Below are positions 28,692-38,901 of a stretch of 55,232 nucleotides of DNA, piece after piece. Within the stretch, counting starts at the first letter, position 1, and each line of letters begins with the position of its first letter. Origin of the DNA: a virus (lineage: Duplodnaviria; Caudoviricetes). A program made the translations under genes and the position numbers. Below the pieces are notes generated by a model. It made no database searches, was not told the origin of the DNA, and saw nothing but the letters and a program-made list of their open reading frames with translations. The stretch covers positions 1 through 55,232 of the IMG/VR virus record IMGVR_UViG_3300020045_002265, one strand, 5' to 3'.

Positions 28692-29284
28692 TAGTCGGTT
28701 AACTCAATCTGGTAATTTAGTAATGCTTCATAGACTCTAGAATCTAGTTGCTCCTTGTAAACTTCAGCTGCAATCTTTATTTGAGCTTCTTTATAATCTT
28801 TGTACACCAGATGGGCTTCTAATGGCGTCCAGTAACGCCCTAAGTTTTTCCATTTGCCTGTTTCAAAACTAGAGGAAGCGGCCTTGTGTAACTTTAGGGA
28901 TCTCCCCGTATCATCTATGTGTACCCCTAAAGGTTGATCGCCCCTAGCTCTGTCACTCAAAGTAAAGAGGTTATTAATTCTTCTAGGAACAAAGCAACAA
29001 GTATCTTCTGAATAAACTTTATTCCCTTTAACAAGAATATCTTTATCTAGTTGCCAATCTTCTAAACCAAACCCAATTTGGTTATTACACCACTCAGCGA
29101 AATACTGGAAGTTTTTGAAATTGTCTGATACTGAGCAACTAATGTAGCTCGGTTCTTTTTTGTGGTAAATCTCACTATAAGCTCTTGACAACATTGCAAA
29201 CCAGAGTTTATACTCTTTAGTATGTTTACCATCTACCTTACTTTTGTATTTACCTTTTGTGTAAATACCCACACCTTCACGCAT
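28691..29284 (-). CDS. putative homing endonuclease (WQLDKDIL family)
   Basis: NFQYFAEWC...WQLDKDIL..GNKVYSEDTCCFVP..IN; paralog of 2344-2934, inserted among baseplate genes. Confidence 0.7.
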   Translation of the reverse strand: MREGVGIYTKGKYKSKVDGKHTKEYKLWFAMLSRAYSEIYHKKEPSYISCSVSDNFKNFQYFAEWCNNQIGFGLEDWQLDKDILVKGNKVYSEDTCCFVPRRINNLFTLSDRARGDQPLGVHIDDTGRSLKLHKAASSSFETGKWKNLGRYWTPLEAHLVYKDYKEAQIKIAAEVYKEQLDSRVYEALLNYQIELTD

Positions 29285-29346
29285 ATTTAAATCCTATCTA
29301 ATTTGGGGCTAACAACTATACTCTCATCTTTAAGTTTAGTAAACAC

Positions 29347-30105
29347 TTAAGCAACGAAAGTACTTGTTAATCTACCAAGGTTCCCAATATGGGTGTGGGT
29401 ATTACCGGAGAAGCCCGCATCAGTTTCCACATCTTGCCCGATAGAAACACCTTGATCAACTCGCAATGCTCCCGTACAGGTGGTTTGAGGGCTGTCGATA
29501 GTTACGCTATCTGAGGCCGTAATAGTGGCTGTCTCTGTATTTACTTCAGTAATTGGAGAGTTAGTAATAACCTTTGTTGGGGATGTCACTACAAGGTCGC
29601 CATTTGGCTTTAGGGCGATTTTAACCTCATTCCCAGTACCTGAGTTCATCCTGATCTCCAAATCGCTAGGATGAGTCCCTAGGGCCTTTGAGAAGGGGTA
29701 TAGACCAAGGATACCGTAACAGTCATTAACATCAAACACCCTGAAGTCTTTAGGGTCAACTGGCTTGGTGCCATCGCTCAATGTAAATGTATCAATACTA
29801 CGACTACAGAACATCAAAGCTACAATGGTCTCACCCTCTTTGACTGGGAAACTAATAATAGCTGTGCCGGTGCTTGGGTGAATTATAGGGACGCCTTGGA
29901 TAACTGGCATATCTTTAAGACCTTGATCATCAAATCCCGCTGAGCGGTCTCTATACTTGATCAGGGGTTGTACTGTGGCTTTCTGAGTGTCTGGGTCATA
30001 CTTAACCACCAGAGCTGGCAATCCAGCATGTATGGTCTCTATTCTTGTTTGACAGATCAGCTCAATCAACATAGCTGGATCGTAGTCAGGTACTTGGTCA
30101 GTCAT
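29347..30105 (-). CDS. baseplate central spike (gp138/gpV-like)
   Basis: N-terminal OB-type domain (PA.VV.YD...ATVQP), beta repeats and a C-terminal HTH His-x-His motif. Confidence 0.85.
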   Translation of the reverse strand: MTDQVPDYDPAMLIELICQTRIETIHAGLPALVVKYDPDTQKATVQPLIKYRDRSAGFDDQGLKDMPVIQGVPIIHPSTGTAIISFPVKEGETIVALMFCSRSIDTFTLSDGTKPVDPKDFRVFDVNDCYGILGLYPFSKALGTHPSDLEIRMNSGTGNEVKIALKPNGDLVVTSPTKVITNSPITEVNTETATITASDSVTIDSPQTTCTGALRVDQGVSIGQDVETDAGFSGNTHTHIGNLGRLTSTFVA

Positions 30106-30114
30106 CGTAATCTC

Positions 30115-30978
30115 TTATTGGTAATTGGAGCACTCAAGAGAGGTATCCCAATTGTCTCCTTCAAAACTACCGCTGTGTTTCACCTTGTCGATTACATAAA
30201 CACCATCAGAATTGAAAGTCCCTTGAATTTTAATAACTGCGCCAGCCACAAAAAGTGGATTCATTTGCAATGTTAAATTAAGGCCTGTCTTCTTTGGTAG
30301 GTTTAAGTCCTCCTTAAGTTCACTCACCTCTTTGGTGGTTTTCTCAGGAGTATTCTTAATCATTGTTGGTGTTATCAGGATAGCTTTTCTTTTGATATCC
30401 CCATTAACGGGATAGACATTGATTGTATCATTTTGAACAATGTGCCATTTAAGATTATTGGTGGATGTAATTTTATCCAACTCAGTCTTGGCACTGCCGG
30501 AAGTCGAGTAACCTCTCGGGTATGTTTTTGTGAGCGTATCACCATTAAGATTAACAACTTTAATCTCTGGCATACCTTCTTTAATTATTTTATTGATAAT
30601 GTCTCTGACAGTTGAGGACTCTGGTAGTGCTGCTTGCACACGCCCTTCTCTAACTGTAACTGCACCTTCGGCAGCGAGAACATTTGTAATTACTTCTGTA
30701 CCATCTCTTCTTGAGGCAACATATATCTTATTACCATTAAAAACAGTGGCAAGTGGATTATCCCCGAAGCCAACCTCAAGCTTAACAACAGCATCAATAC
30801 TATCAAAGATCGATATGGTTTCAGCTGAGAGGTTGTATATCTTCAGGTCTAATTCATTTAACTTACTATTACCACTGGAATTAACTGTGAATTCAATATG
30901 CTGATTTTGTATGATCACACCTTTACCATTACTGGCTGTGATGGACAGTTTATATTTCCTGATAAAGTTTTCAGACAT
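30115..30978 (-). CDS. baseplate hub protein
   Basis: KIYNLS, LEVGF and Y.I.KVKHSG...W motifs; gene order. Confidence 0.75.
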   Translation of the reverse strand: MSENFIRKYKLSITASNGKGVIIQNQHIEFTVNSSGNSKLNELDLKIYNLSAETISIFDSIDAVVKLEVGFGDNPLATVFNGNKIYVASRRDGTEVITNVLAAEGAVTVREGRVQAALPESSTVRDIINKIIKEGMPEIKVVNLNGDTLTKTYPRGYSTSGSAKTELDKITSTNNLKWHIVQNDTINVYPVNGDIKRKAILITPTMIKNTPEKTTKEVSELKEDLNLPKKTGLNLTLQMNPLFVAGAVIKIQGTFNSDGVYVIDKVKHSGSFEGDNWDTSLECSNYQ

Positions 30979-30980
30979 GA

Positions 30981-31322
30981 TTAAGTCGCAGTGGTTATAG
31001 AGTTGTAAACCAATTCAAAATCGGTTGATAGGTTTTCTAAAGTTATTACAGGTGAAGCTGGATAGTCGGTAGTTAGTGGAAGCAGGTATAAATTGCCAAG
31101 AGGTAATTCCACCTTAGTGTGAATGTAGGTGAGATCCAACCAAGGAACTAATCTAACACCAGCAATTAATAGTGTTCCATCTAACTTATAAATATTCAGA
31201 TACCAACTTTCCATTCTTACGTTGTAGATAAAGTTGAACTTGTACTCCTTACCATCAAGAGCTGTGGTGTAGGAGTAGTTTGGCAATGAAGCTGTTGGTA
31301 ACTCTAATACGAATTCAGTCAT
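30981..31322 (-). CDS. baseplate/tail protein
   Basis: LDG.EY.F.F.YN.R...WYL.I motif; gene order. Confidence 0.7.
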   Translation of the reverse strand: MTEFVLELPTASLPNYSYTTALDGKEYKFNFIYNVRMESWYLNIYKLDGTLLIAGVRLVPWLDLTYIHTKVELPLGNLYLLPLTTDYPASPVITLENLSTDFELVYNSITTAT

Positions 31323-31324
31323 TA

Positions 31325-32062
31325 TTATTTACCATATATCTGAGAGCCTACATTTCTTGCCGTCGCTTCAACACTACTAGCAGCAGTGGCGGTTAGCGTT
31401 GTTTTTAAAACACTGGTTCTAACTTGAGCTGGCTTATTACCTGCATCTTTTTCTTTGGCATTGTTGGTTGCTGTGGTGCCAGTTTGTGTTTTATTTGAAT
31501 CACCATTATTATTTGTGGCTGTTGATCCAACAAAAACTGTGGTGAGTTCAGCACTAACTCTACGAATTTTCTCAAACTCTAAATCAACAAATAATGCACC
31601 ACCTCTACCTGTTGATTTAGGTAATGATACATTGGTGACAATAAGTTCAGAGTAAGTATCTATCGGAGTAAGCAGACTCACAACCTTACGATCATCCCTC
31701 ATCTTCAACAACATCCGATATACTTCAGATTGTTTGTAGTGGTTTGGAATGAATGGGATGTTTAATGTAGCATCAGAAAAAACACCCGACACAGTGAACC
31801 TTGGATTTTCATTAACAACGTGATCACTTACTGTCGATCTATCCTCCACGGGGTAGCTTGTAACCTTTGAGGGGAAGCTATGCCCGATATCAGTTGCTGC
31901 ATCGAATGCTAATTTCTTACCATCAGCTGTTGTAATTGTTGTATGGACAGGACTACGTGGTCTACGCATAATCAAGGAGTCACGTTGTGACTCCAGCCTA
32001 TACCCACGTATCCTTGCACCAATTGCTCCAGTGCGGTCTAGTATAAAATCTAATAGTGCCAT
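31325..32062 (-). CDS. tail-tube initiator/Dit-like baseplate protein
   Basis: VTSYPVE....SDH motif; follows the tape measure gene. Confidence 0.7.
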   Translation of the reverse strand: MALLDFILDRTGAIGARIRGYRLESQRDSLIMRRPRSPVHTTITTADGKKLAFDAATDIGHSFPSKVTSYPVEDRSTVSDHVVNENPRFTVSGVFSDATLNIPFIPNHYKQSEVYRMLLKMRDDRKVVSLLTPIDTYSELIVTNVSLPKSTGRGGALFVDLEFEKIRRVSAELTTVFVGSTATNNNGDSNKTQTGTTATNNAKEKDAGNKPAQVRTSVLKTTLTATAASSVEATARNVGSQIYGK

Positions 32063-34035
32063 TACTGACTTGCCCCGCTACGCATTACATAGTTCGACTG
32101 TGCTTGAATCATCTTCATATTTAATTGTGAAGTAACATGATCGGCGATTTGTTTAGGGTCATTGATACCTTCAAGTGTCACATTATTTACAATGTGGTAT
32201 GTTGGTGCCCCATTCATATCCTGTCTGGCGATTGATTTAGGCGCTAATGCTGAGCTTGCTGGATTGTATTTCAACATCTCATCAAAGTATTGACCAGAGC
32301 CTCTGAACTTCCCATAGGAATCCATTAACTCACCATAAGCAAACACATTTGTTGGATTAATTGCTAATTTACTTGCAGACAAAAGTAATGAAACAAATTG
32401 CTTAAGTTGGTACATCCACTTATCGAAGGGGAATAAATCAAGCATATCTTTTTTATACTTTTCCCAAACTTCAGAGTTGTAAACACCATCTAAAGTGAGT
32501 AGAGCTATTAATGATCCTAAAACCATTTCAATAGTTCTGCCAATACCGACCAACACTTTAGATATGTTACCGGCCCAGCCACCTTCCTTCATCATATCGC
32601 CTAAGACAGAATCACCACCCTGTAAGGTAACAATCAAGTCATCAAGCAATAATAAAAAAGCTGCCCATCCGGCCATCTTAAATGCCTTACCTATGAATCG
32701 TAAAGCAGCAGCCCATTTGGTGGTTCCAGCAGCAGCGGCATTAAGTACTGGCAAGAATCTAGCTATCATTGCGAATAACCAGAATAGCGAAGCTATGGTT
32801 CCAGCAAGTGAATCAGGGAGCATACTCCTAAATACATTCACAACTGAAATTAGTAAATCGTAGAAATTCTTTATGTAGCCAAATGATTGAGTAAATACTG
32901 ATTTAATTGTTTTTAAGAATGGAGGTGCAATTACAGTAAGCTCTTTGATAATCTCTGATAGCCCGTCTAAGACAGTTACCATTAATTCCAAACCACCACC
33001 TTCATTGACTGTCATAATAAATCTTTGCCAAGAGGTGTTCAGTCTTTCAAAGGCTTTTTGTGGAGTAACTAACATTCTAGCAATTAAGTCTGGGTCTGTT
33101 AATTCACCCATGTGCTCAATAACTTTACTCAACTCTTCTATCTTAACTTTACCATCTTCCATATCATCAAATAGTTTTCTAACATCACCACCTGTAAGTG
33201 CATCAGCAAATATCTGCACAGCACCGGGTAAACTTTCAGCTAATTGGCCTTTCAATTCTTCGGCCATTACTTGACCTTTAGAGGCCATTTGAGCGAAAGC
33301 TTTCATACCTCTATTCTGAGCATCAGTACTTAGGCCCATCATCGTAGATAGGTTTTGGAAGTTGGTGAATAGTTTCTGGGTTTGTTCTATACCAAGTGGC
33401 TTAGCTGTGGCAGCAAGTAATTGTCTGTACTGTGTATTAGCATCTTGTAGGTTAAGGCTCAGTCTTTCAACCTCTTTATCTACAAAGTCAATTTGTTGTT
33501 GAGCGCCTTCAGCACTTCCAGTTAGGAATTCATACTGAGGTCTTTGTGATGTTTGGAAGTTACCAACATTAAAACTTTGCATTGTGAATCTACGCAAAGC
33601 TTCTATACCGGCGAAGGCTTTGAAGTTTTGCATGGTGAAGAGAGCATCACCAAATCTATGACCTCTACCACCTGATCTCTCTGAAGAGGTTCTTGATGGT
33701 GTTGGTCTGTTGGTTCTATTTCTCATTTCCAAAGCAGCATTTCTACTTTGTTGGAGTAGATTCTGTTGGCGTAGTTTTTCAATATCAGCTTCAGTTCTGG
33801 CAAGTGCTGTTCTTTGAACCATGACACGAGCTTCAGCGTTTATTCTACGAGCTTCTGCACTTGCTAGCCTTGTAGCAGAACGCATACCAGCTGAATCAGT
33901 CATACCTTGGAAAGATCGTGACATGCGCTTTATTCTTGATTCAAGCACTTGCAAATTTTTATCCAGAGCAGCTAGGCTGGATTTATCTACTTCAAAGCCA
34001 ATCTTAGTAAAGAAGTTGGCTAAAGGAGTTGACAT
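32062..34035 (-). CDS. tape measure protein
   Basis: AFAQMASKGQVMAEELKGQLAE.LPGA tape-measure motif; hydrophobic C-terminal half. Confidence 0.9.
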   Translation of the reverse strand: MSTPLANFFTKIGFEVDKSSLAALDKNLQVLESRIKRMSRSFQGMTDSAGMRSATRLASAEARRINAEARVMVQRTALARTEADIEKLRQQNLLQQSRNAALEMRNRTNRPTPSRTSSERSGGRGHRFGDALFTMQNFKAFAGIEALRRFTMQSFNVGNFQTSQRPQYEFLTGSAEGAQQQIDFVDKEVERLSLNLQDANTQYRQLLAATAKPLGIEQTQKLFTNFQNLSTMMGLSTDAQNRGMKAFAQMASKGQVMAEELKGQLAESLPGAVQIFADALTGGDVRKLFDDMEDGKVKIEELSKVIEHMGELTDPDLIARMLVTPQKAFERLNTSWQRFIMTVNEGGGLELMVTVLDGLSEIIKELTVIAPPFLKTIKSVFTQSFGYIKNFYDLLISVVNVFRSMLPDSLAGTIASLFWLFAMIARFLPVLNAAAAGTTKWAAALRFIGKAFKMAGWAAFLLLLDDLIVTLQGGDSVLGDMMKEGGWAGNISKVLVGIGRTIEMVLGSLIALLTLDGVYNSEVWEKYKKDMLDLFPFDKWMYQLKQFVSLLLSASKLAINPTNVFAYGELMDSYGKFRGSGQYFDEMLKYNPASSALAPKSIARQDMNGAPTYHIVNNVTLEGINDPKQIADHVTSQLNMKMIQAQSNYVMRSGASQ

Positions 34036-34047
34036 AGTGTTCTCCTA

Positions 34048-34254
34048 TTATTTATCTTTAGGCCTTGCTTCTTCTTCCAGATCAGCTTTGTAATCTAGTA
34101 GCTCACAAGCGTCAAGAAGATCCTCTAATGTCCATTGAAAACGTACTTCAGTGTATGAAGCTAGTTGGGGGTTAGCCAATACAGGCCTCCACATCATTTG
34201 CGTCCAATAATCCATCGAGCTTTCTTCTTTCCATCTTTTCTGTACCCTTGTCAA
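34048..34254 (-). CDS. tail assembly chaperone, C-terminal extension (gpT-like), probably made by -1 frameshift
   Basis: LASY.E...WTLEDL.D..E.LD motif. The frame is open back to the GTTTTTC run in the upstream gene. Confidence 0.7.
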   Translation of the reverse strand: MTRVQKRWKEESSMDYWTQMMWRPVLANPQLASYTEVRFQWTLEDLLDACELLDYKADLEEEARPKDK

Positions 34255-34304
34255 TGAAGAGGTGTCAACCTCACCTTCGGCAGTATGGGAATAGCCATCA
34301 GCTA

Positions 34305-34790
34305 TTATACTTTTATACCGCCTAACTGAAAAACAGAACCAAAGTTTTCTTGTGCAATAAATACAAGGATGTGAAACAACTCTCCAAGTTCTACATCATT
34401 GAAGCCAATGACGGTATTGTCTTTAACAACTTGTGACTCTCTAAAAAGATCCTTGATAATAGCGGGGACAGTTTCCGCGTCCATGTTAGTTGTCAAGAAG
34501 CCTACAGCTTTACTCAAACTATCTGAAAACAATTGTTGATCTTTCTCAGCTTTCTTAGCTAAGAGAATTTCTTGTTCTTGTGTTAACGGTTGTCCTGCAT
34601 TGCTTGCTTTTATGGCTTCAAGAGTTTCAACATCTTGTGGTGCGGACTCACCCCCTCCAAATATTGCAGACAACGATTGACCAAATACTTTGGTAATACG
34701 AGCCAATAAGGGGATACGTTTATCATTATTCATTGTATTAATTTTAAAAAGAGAATCACCGATTGTCTTTTCAACTGTTCTAATTGCCAT
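34305..34790 (-). CDS. tail assembly chaperone (gpG-like)
   Basis: Lies between the tube and tape measure genes; ends ENFGSVF near the slippery run. Confidence 0.75.
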   Translation of the reverse strand: MAIRTVEKTIGDSLFKINTMNNDKRIPLLARITKVFGQSLSAIFGGGESAPQDVETLEAIKASNAGQPLTQEQEILLAKKAEKDQQLFSDSLSKAVGFLTTNMDAETVPAIIKDLFRESQVVKDNTVIGFNDVELGELFHILVFIAQENFGSVFQLGGIKV

Positions 34791-34837
34791 CTAATTATTT
34801 ACCTTAAAATAAAGGAGAGGGAATCCTCTCCTAATTA

Positions 34838-35260
34838 TTAGTTACCACCAACAAACATTTGACTGTTAGCTGCTTGGATTGTCCATTCAACTGTAGAAGC
34901 TTCTTTACCTTTAGTAAGGTCAGCAAACTTAATCACCCAAGCCGCATCAGAGATAAACAATGATCTGCCTGAGTTATCTTTAACAAAGAGTGGGAATGTT
35001 CCCAAACCTGTTGAACGGTCAGTGATGTGTAGACCAGATAAAACATCATTCGATGGAGATCCACCAAGCAATGTAATTGTAACCGTAGCTAATGTGGATG
35101 GGTTGAGACTACGACTAATATCACCATCTGCTCCTGAGACAGTTGTAAAACCATCTTCATCAAAAGAGATAGAAACAAAGTCACCATCGCCATACCCACG
35201 AATATCTACACCACCGACTACGATAGATACTTCTTTTGGATTGTAATTATAAAAAGCCAT
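34838..35260 (-). CDS. tail tube protein
   Basis: YNPKEV...G..I.GY, GADG, TL...SPSND.L and EWTI motifs. Confidence 0.85.
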   Translation of the reverse strand: MAFYNYNPKEVSIVVGGVDIRGYGDGDFVSISFDEDGFTTVSGADGDISRSLNPSTLATVTITLLGGSPSNDVLSGLHITDRSTGLGTFPLFVKDNSGRSLFISDAAWVIKFADLTKGKEASTVEWTIQAANSQMFVGGN

Positions 35261-35275
35261 TTTGTATTCCTAAAT

Positions 35276-36161
35276 TTATTGAGACACATAATAGATATCT
35301 GGAAACTTATCGCTTCTCAGTCGATTATATATTTGTTTCTTTGTGTAACCAGATTCAGCTACTGCATCAGTAATAGATGGGTATGTCTTACCCTCTACGG
35401 AGATTTTTCGGGATCTGGGATGGGTTTCACCTTTAAGCCCCCCTCATTGGGTGGCCCTTAATTGCACAACCCCTCTTGGCGACTGAGTACTCCTCAGTAA
35501 AACCTCGATCTAGTCTTGTAACTAAGTGAGACTTTGACATCTTCAAATAAAAAGAAGCCACACCTAAGTCTGGCCACCAGAATCCACCGACATAAACCGG
35601 GCCTTGGTATTTACAATCTTTTCTGGGAGATTTTTGAATTGGTATTAGTCTCTCCTCTGAATTTGAAAACCTCATGGCCCATGAAGGGTGTCTATTAAAC
35701 ACAGCTGCACAAACATCAGCCGAAGGGAACCAGAAACCCAAAACATACACAGGCTTGGAGTAATCGGTAAACTGCTCTTTACTAGGAGGGTTTTTATTCT
35801 CCTCACAATAAACAGCATAGTTACGACTTTCACACAACTTAGCCCTGTACTCTTCTGTTTGAGGTGGTTTAAGTGTTTGGTCTCCCTTCAGGATATTATA
35901 ACCACTACTGGTTGAGTCATAAGCCTCTATAAGCTTTTCCTCCAACCCTAGAATGTAATCACGACCACCTTTGCAAATTACTTCCATTTTAAAATTATCA
36001 ATGCCATAATTTCTAATGGCATTTTTTAATTTTAAGCATCCAGAACTGTTTGATTGGTGGGCCTTGAACCGTCTCTTAGGATTTTTAGATACGCCTATAT
36101 AGACCTTGCTGTTTAGTAGATTCGTTATCTTGTAGAGGTAAGCTATTTCGGTCTTAGCCAT
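35276..36161 (-). pseudogene. GIY-YIG homing endonuclease with a frameshifted C-terminal DNA-binding domain
   Basis: YLYKIT...VYIGVS...RFKAH. The ORF stops at 35433 just after a G6 run. Removing one G gives HPMRGLKGETHP...GKTYPSITDA..., open to the stop at 35276. Confidence 0.7.
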
Positions 36162-37450
36162 TACACTACGGCGGTTAAATCGATTTCGACGTAGAAAACA
36201 GCACCAGCCATACGAGCAATAACCTTGATTCCTGTAAGTCTGCGCAGAGCACGGTCGTTGGCAGAAATATCAGCAACTTTAGGAACAATAACTTGAATGT
36301 CATCTGGATCGAAGATACCAGCATTAGCTGATCTCAATACAGAGTCACGCACAGCTGATTCAATAGTTGCAATCCCTTTATTTGTAAATGGAATTTTAGG
36401 AAGTGTAATCATTAAACGATAAACACTTACTTGAATATCACTTGCAGCTGCGTCAAGGTCACGGATAATATCATCCCAAGTACCATCACCCATTTTAGGG
36501 CCGTGGATTGTATTCACACCACCACGAGGGACATATACAGTTACATTCTTAGCTGTTGCATTTGTAATCTGAGTTGCTGTTAAGTTGTCAACAGTGTCAC
36601 CTGCCAATTGCTTGAACTCCATTGCGGCTGCACCCGGTGCAAATCCAAACAACACACCTAGGTAAGATGCTTCTGGATATTGTTCATCAGCATTACCGCC
36701 ATAGATAACACCAGCACGATCATAACCATTAGTCTTGAACGCTTTACCAACAGAAGTTGTGTCAGCTGATTCAGATTGGTTGATGATATTCAAATCTTCA
36801 GAGGAAGTCTTGTAGAACTTACGAGCAGCTTGAGCAAATGCAGCTACTTCTAACTGATCAGCTTTAACGTGGGAGTAAGCCATCAAACCGTACCAATCAT
36901 TATTCTCAAGCATTACAGCATTCAAAGCATCTGTTAAAGATTCAGTGGTTGTATAAACAGGAGTTAAATTGGTTGAAGCTTTAGTGGAGAATGGAACACC
37001 GCCTACATCGGCAGTAAGAATTAGAGTAGTTGTACCAGATGCGGTCACTGGTTCAGCACCAGCATTAATCGCAGAGGTCAAGCCAGTTACAATTTCACCA
37101 GCTGTAGCATCGACATCGGAGATAAATGAAAACAATGTTCCATTTAAAGTTACTGAATAAGTTGTACTGTTAGCAACTACAGGGGTGTATGTTACGATTG
37201 TTGTATCTTGTCTACCAATGGCAAAAGCATCTACAGAGATCTCTTGGCCAAATGTAGAAGAAGCAGCTTCATACTCAGCAGAGTTGGTTGCAAAATCTGC
37301 GGCTACCTCTGTTAGGCTGCCATAAACTTTGTAGCGAGTGGTAAACGCTTTGTGCTTACCGAGGAACATTGCCAAACTATAACCAGCCACGGTAACAGCA
37401 GCCGTTTGACGGTCTACGTTAACCTTAACAGCGGTATCAATTGAAGCCAT
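36161..37450 (-). CDS. tail sheath protein
   Basis: NDWY, FKQL.G, KIPFT..G and R.L.GI...A..AGA motifs; upstream of the tube gene. Confidence 0.9.
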   Translation of the reverse strand: MASIDTAVKVNVDRQTAAVTVAGYSLAMFLGKHKAFTTRYKVYGSLTEVAADFATNSAEYEAASSTFGQEISVDAFAIGRQDTTIVTYTPVVANSTTYSVTLNGTLFSFISDVDATAGEIVTGLTSAINAGAEPVTASGTTTLILTADVGGVPFSTKASTNLTPVYTTTESLTDALNAVMLENNDWYGLMAYSHVKADQLEVAAFAQAARKFYKTSSEDLNIINQSESADTTSVGKAFKTNGYDRAGVIYGGNADEQYPEASYLGVLFGFAPGAAAMEFKQLAGDTVDNLTATQITNATAKNVTVYVPRGGVNTIHGPKMGDGTWDDIIRDLDAAASDIQVSVYRLMITLPKIPFTNKGIATIESAVRDSVLRSANAGIFDPDDIQVIVPKVADISANDRALRRLTGIKVIARMAGAVFYVEIDLTAVV

Positions 37451-37469
37451 TATTTCACCTTATTATTTA

Positions 37470-38006
37470 TTAAATGTCAATTTCATCAGTTCGTGAAAGA
37501 ATTACATCACCAAGTTCATCTTCTACTTCGTGGGTAATTTCTACTACGTCTATGAAATCAAGTTGATCTGTATCATTCAAGGTGATATTAAAATTCACCT
37601 CTAATATGTGTCTTTGTTCCCAGCCACTACCTAAAGATCGTGGAGCTGGTTTAATTGTTCCAGTGTTAAGGTAAGACAACCCTAAGACTGTGAAATTATC
37701 TAAGTAAGTTATTTTATTTAGGTTGTGTGCAAAGGTCATAGCCATTTGTTCAGATAAAAGCCCAATAAAAGCTACTTGTAAAGTCACACGCCAAACTGTA
37801 GAGGTGGAGAAGTCCAGACTATTATCATCGTAGTCCTCATACTCTTGTATCTCACCGCCCAGTTGTGTCCAATTAGTTAATTTGAAACTTACCCAATTAC
37901 TTAAACTTGGATTGTCCTGTTCTGCAATAAGTACTGGTACACCGGTTATTTTTAACTTAATTACTTTGGATATTTCTTTTTGTAAGTTGTGTATATCTAT
38001 AATCAT
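37470..38006 (-). CDS. neck/tail terminator protein
   Basis: Gene order (immediately before the sheath gene) and size. Confidence 0.6.
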   Translation of the reverse strand: MIIDIHNLQKEISKVIKLKITGVPVLIAEQDNPSLSNWVSFKLTNWTQLGGEIQEYEDYDDNSLDFSTSTVWRVTLQVAFIGLLSEQMAMTFAHNLNKITYLDNFTVLGLSYLNTGTIKPAPRSLGSGWEQRHILEVNFNITLNDTDQLDFIDVVEITHEVEDELGDVILSRTDEIDI

Positions 38007-38482
38007 AAAATACCAACTTTAAAAGTTAGTTCTGATATTAAGTTGGGTTCTTCGCCAATCTTACTACCATAAACAAGTGGATCATTAAAGCCTTTGATCT
38101 CAGCCCACCCTTCACTGTTGCTTGGAGATGATACGCCTTTGATATTAACTTCAATTTGATTAGTAGCTTGCTCACCAACCAATCTAGCAATCTCTGCTAC
38201 ACTGACGGAGCCTAATTTTTTTAATTGCGTGGTAACTATTGATTGAACTTGAGATCTTTTCTGTTCTGATAACATAAAGCTGTCAGCCCAAGGACTCCAG
38301 TAATGCAGGTTCATTGCAACTTGTGCAACAGGAACAGGATCACCATCTCTAACACTCATCCAATGATTCTTTGAATCGATATAGCCAACCTCCACACTCG
38401 CATTTCTAAGCTGTCTCTGAAGTCTTTTAAGACCTTTCTTATCAATTCTGGTACTAACCTTCATTCTTATCATTATTGTCAA
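38003..38482 (-). CDS. neck/tail completion protein
   Basis: VEVGY and KGFNDPL motifs; gene order. Confidence 0.6.
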   Translation of the reverse strand: MTIMIRMKVSTRIDKKGLKRLQRQLRNASVEVGYIDSKNHWMSVRDGDPVPVAQVAMNLHYWSPWADSFMLSEQKRSQVQSIVTTQLKKLGSVSVAEIARLVGEQATNQIEVNIKGVSSPSNSEGWAEIKGFNDPLVYGSKIGEEPNLISELTFKVGIL

Positions 38483-38484
38483 CC

Positions 38485-38880
38485 TTAGAGCAAACTAAGC
38501 TCTTGGGAGTCAATCCTAACAGCGAAGGCTTCATAACCTGTGAAACGACTGGTATTAACCCAATCACCTAATTTAAATACTCTGTAAGACTCGCCGGAAT
38601 AGGTGAACTCATCAGCCTCAAATGCACCTGTATCAATATGTTCTATCAACTGGATATTTGAGAAAATCCGAACCACCTTTCTTTTACGCAAAGCTTCTGG
38701 TAGGATTTCAACAGCATTTTTTCTTATGTAGGGTGTGATTAGGGCTAATATTTCTATTTGAGTTGGTGCTGGTTTTATCCACTCACCATCTACCTCTGTA
38801 CCACGAGCAGTTCTATTAAAAGTGTAAGTTGTTGGTTTTATCAATTTAAATGGAATCTTTGACATTAGCATTGTAAACAC
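38485..38880 (-). CDS. head closure/head-tail joining protein
   Basis: G..VDGEW, LPEA.R and AD.F.Y.GE.Y motifs. Confidence 0.65.
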   Translation of the reverse strand: MFTMLMSKIPFKLIKPTTYTFNRTARGTEVDGEWIKPAPTQIEILALITPYIRKNAVEILPEALRKRKVVRIFSNIQLIEHIDTGAFEADEFTYSGESYRVFKLGDWVNTSRFTGYEAFAVRIDSQELSLL

Positions 38881-38901
38881 TCCATCTACAAATTATTCAA
38901 A

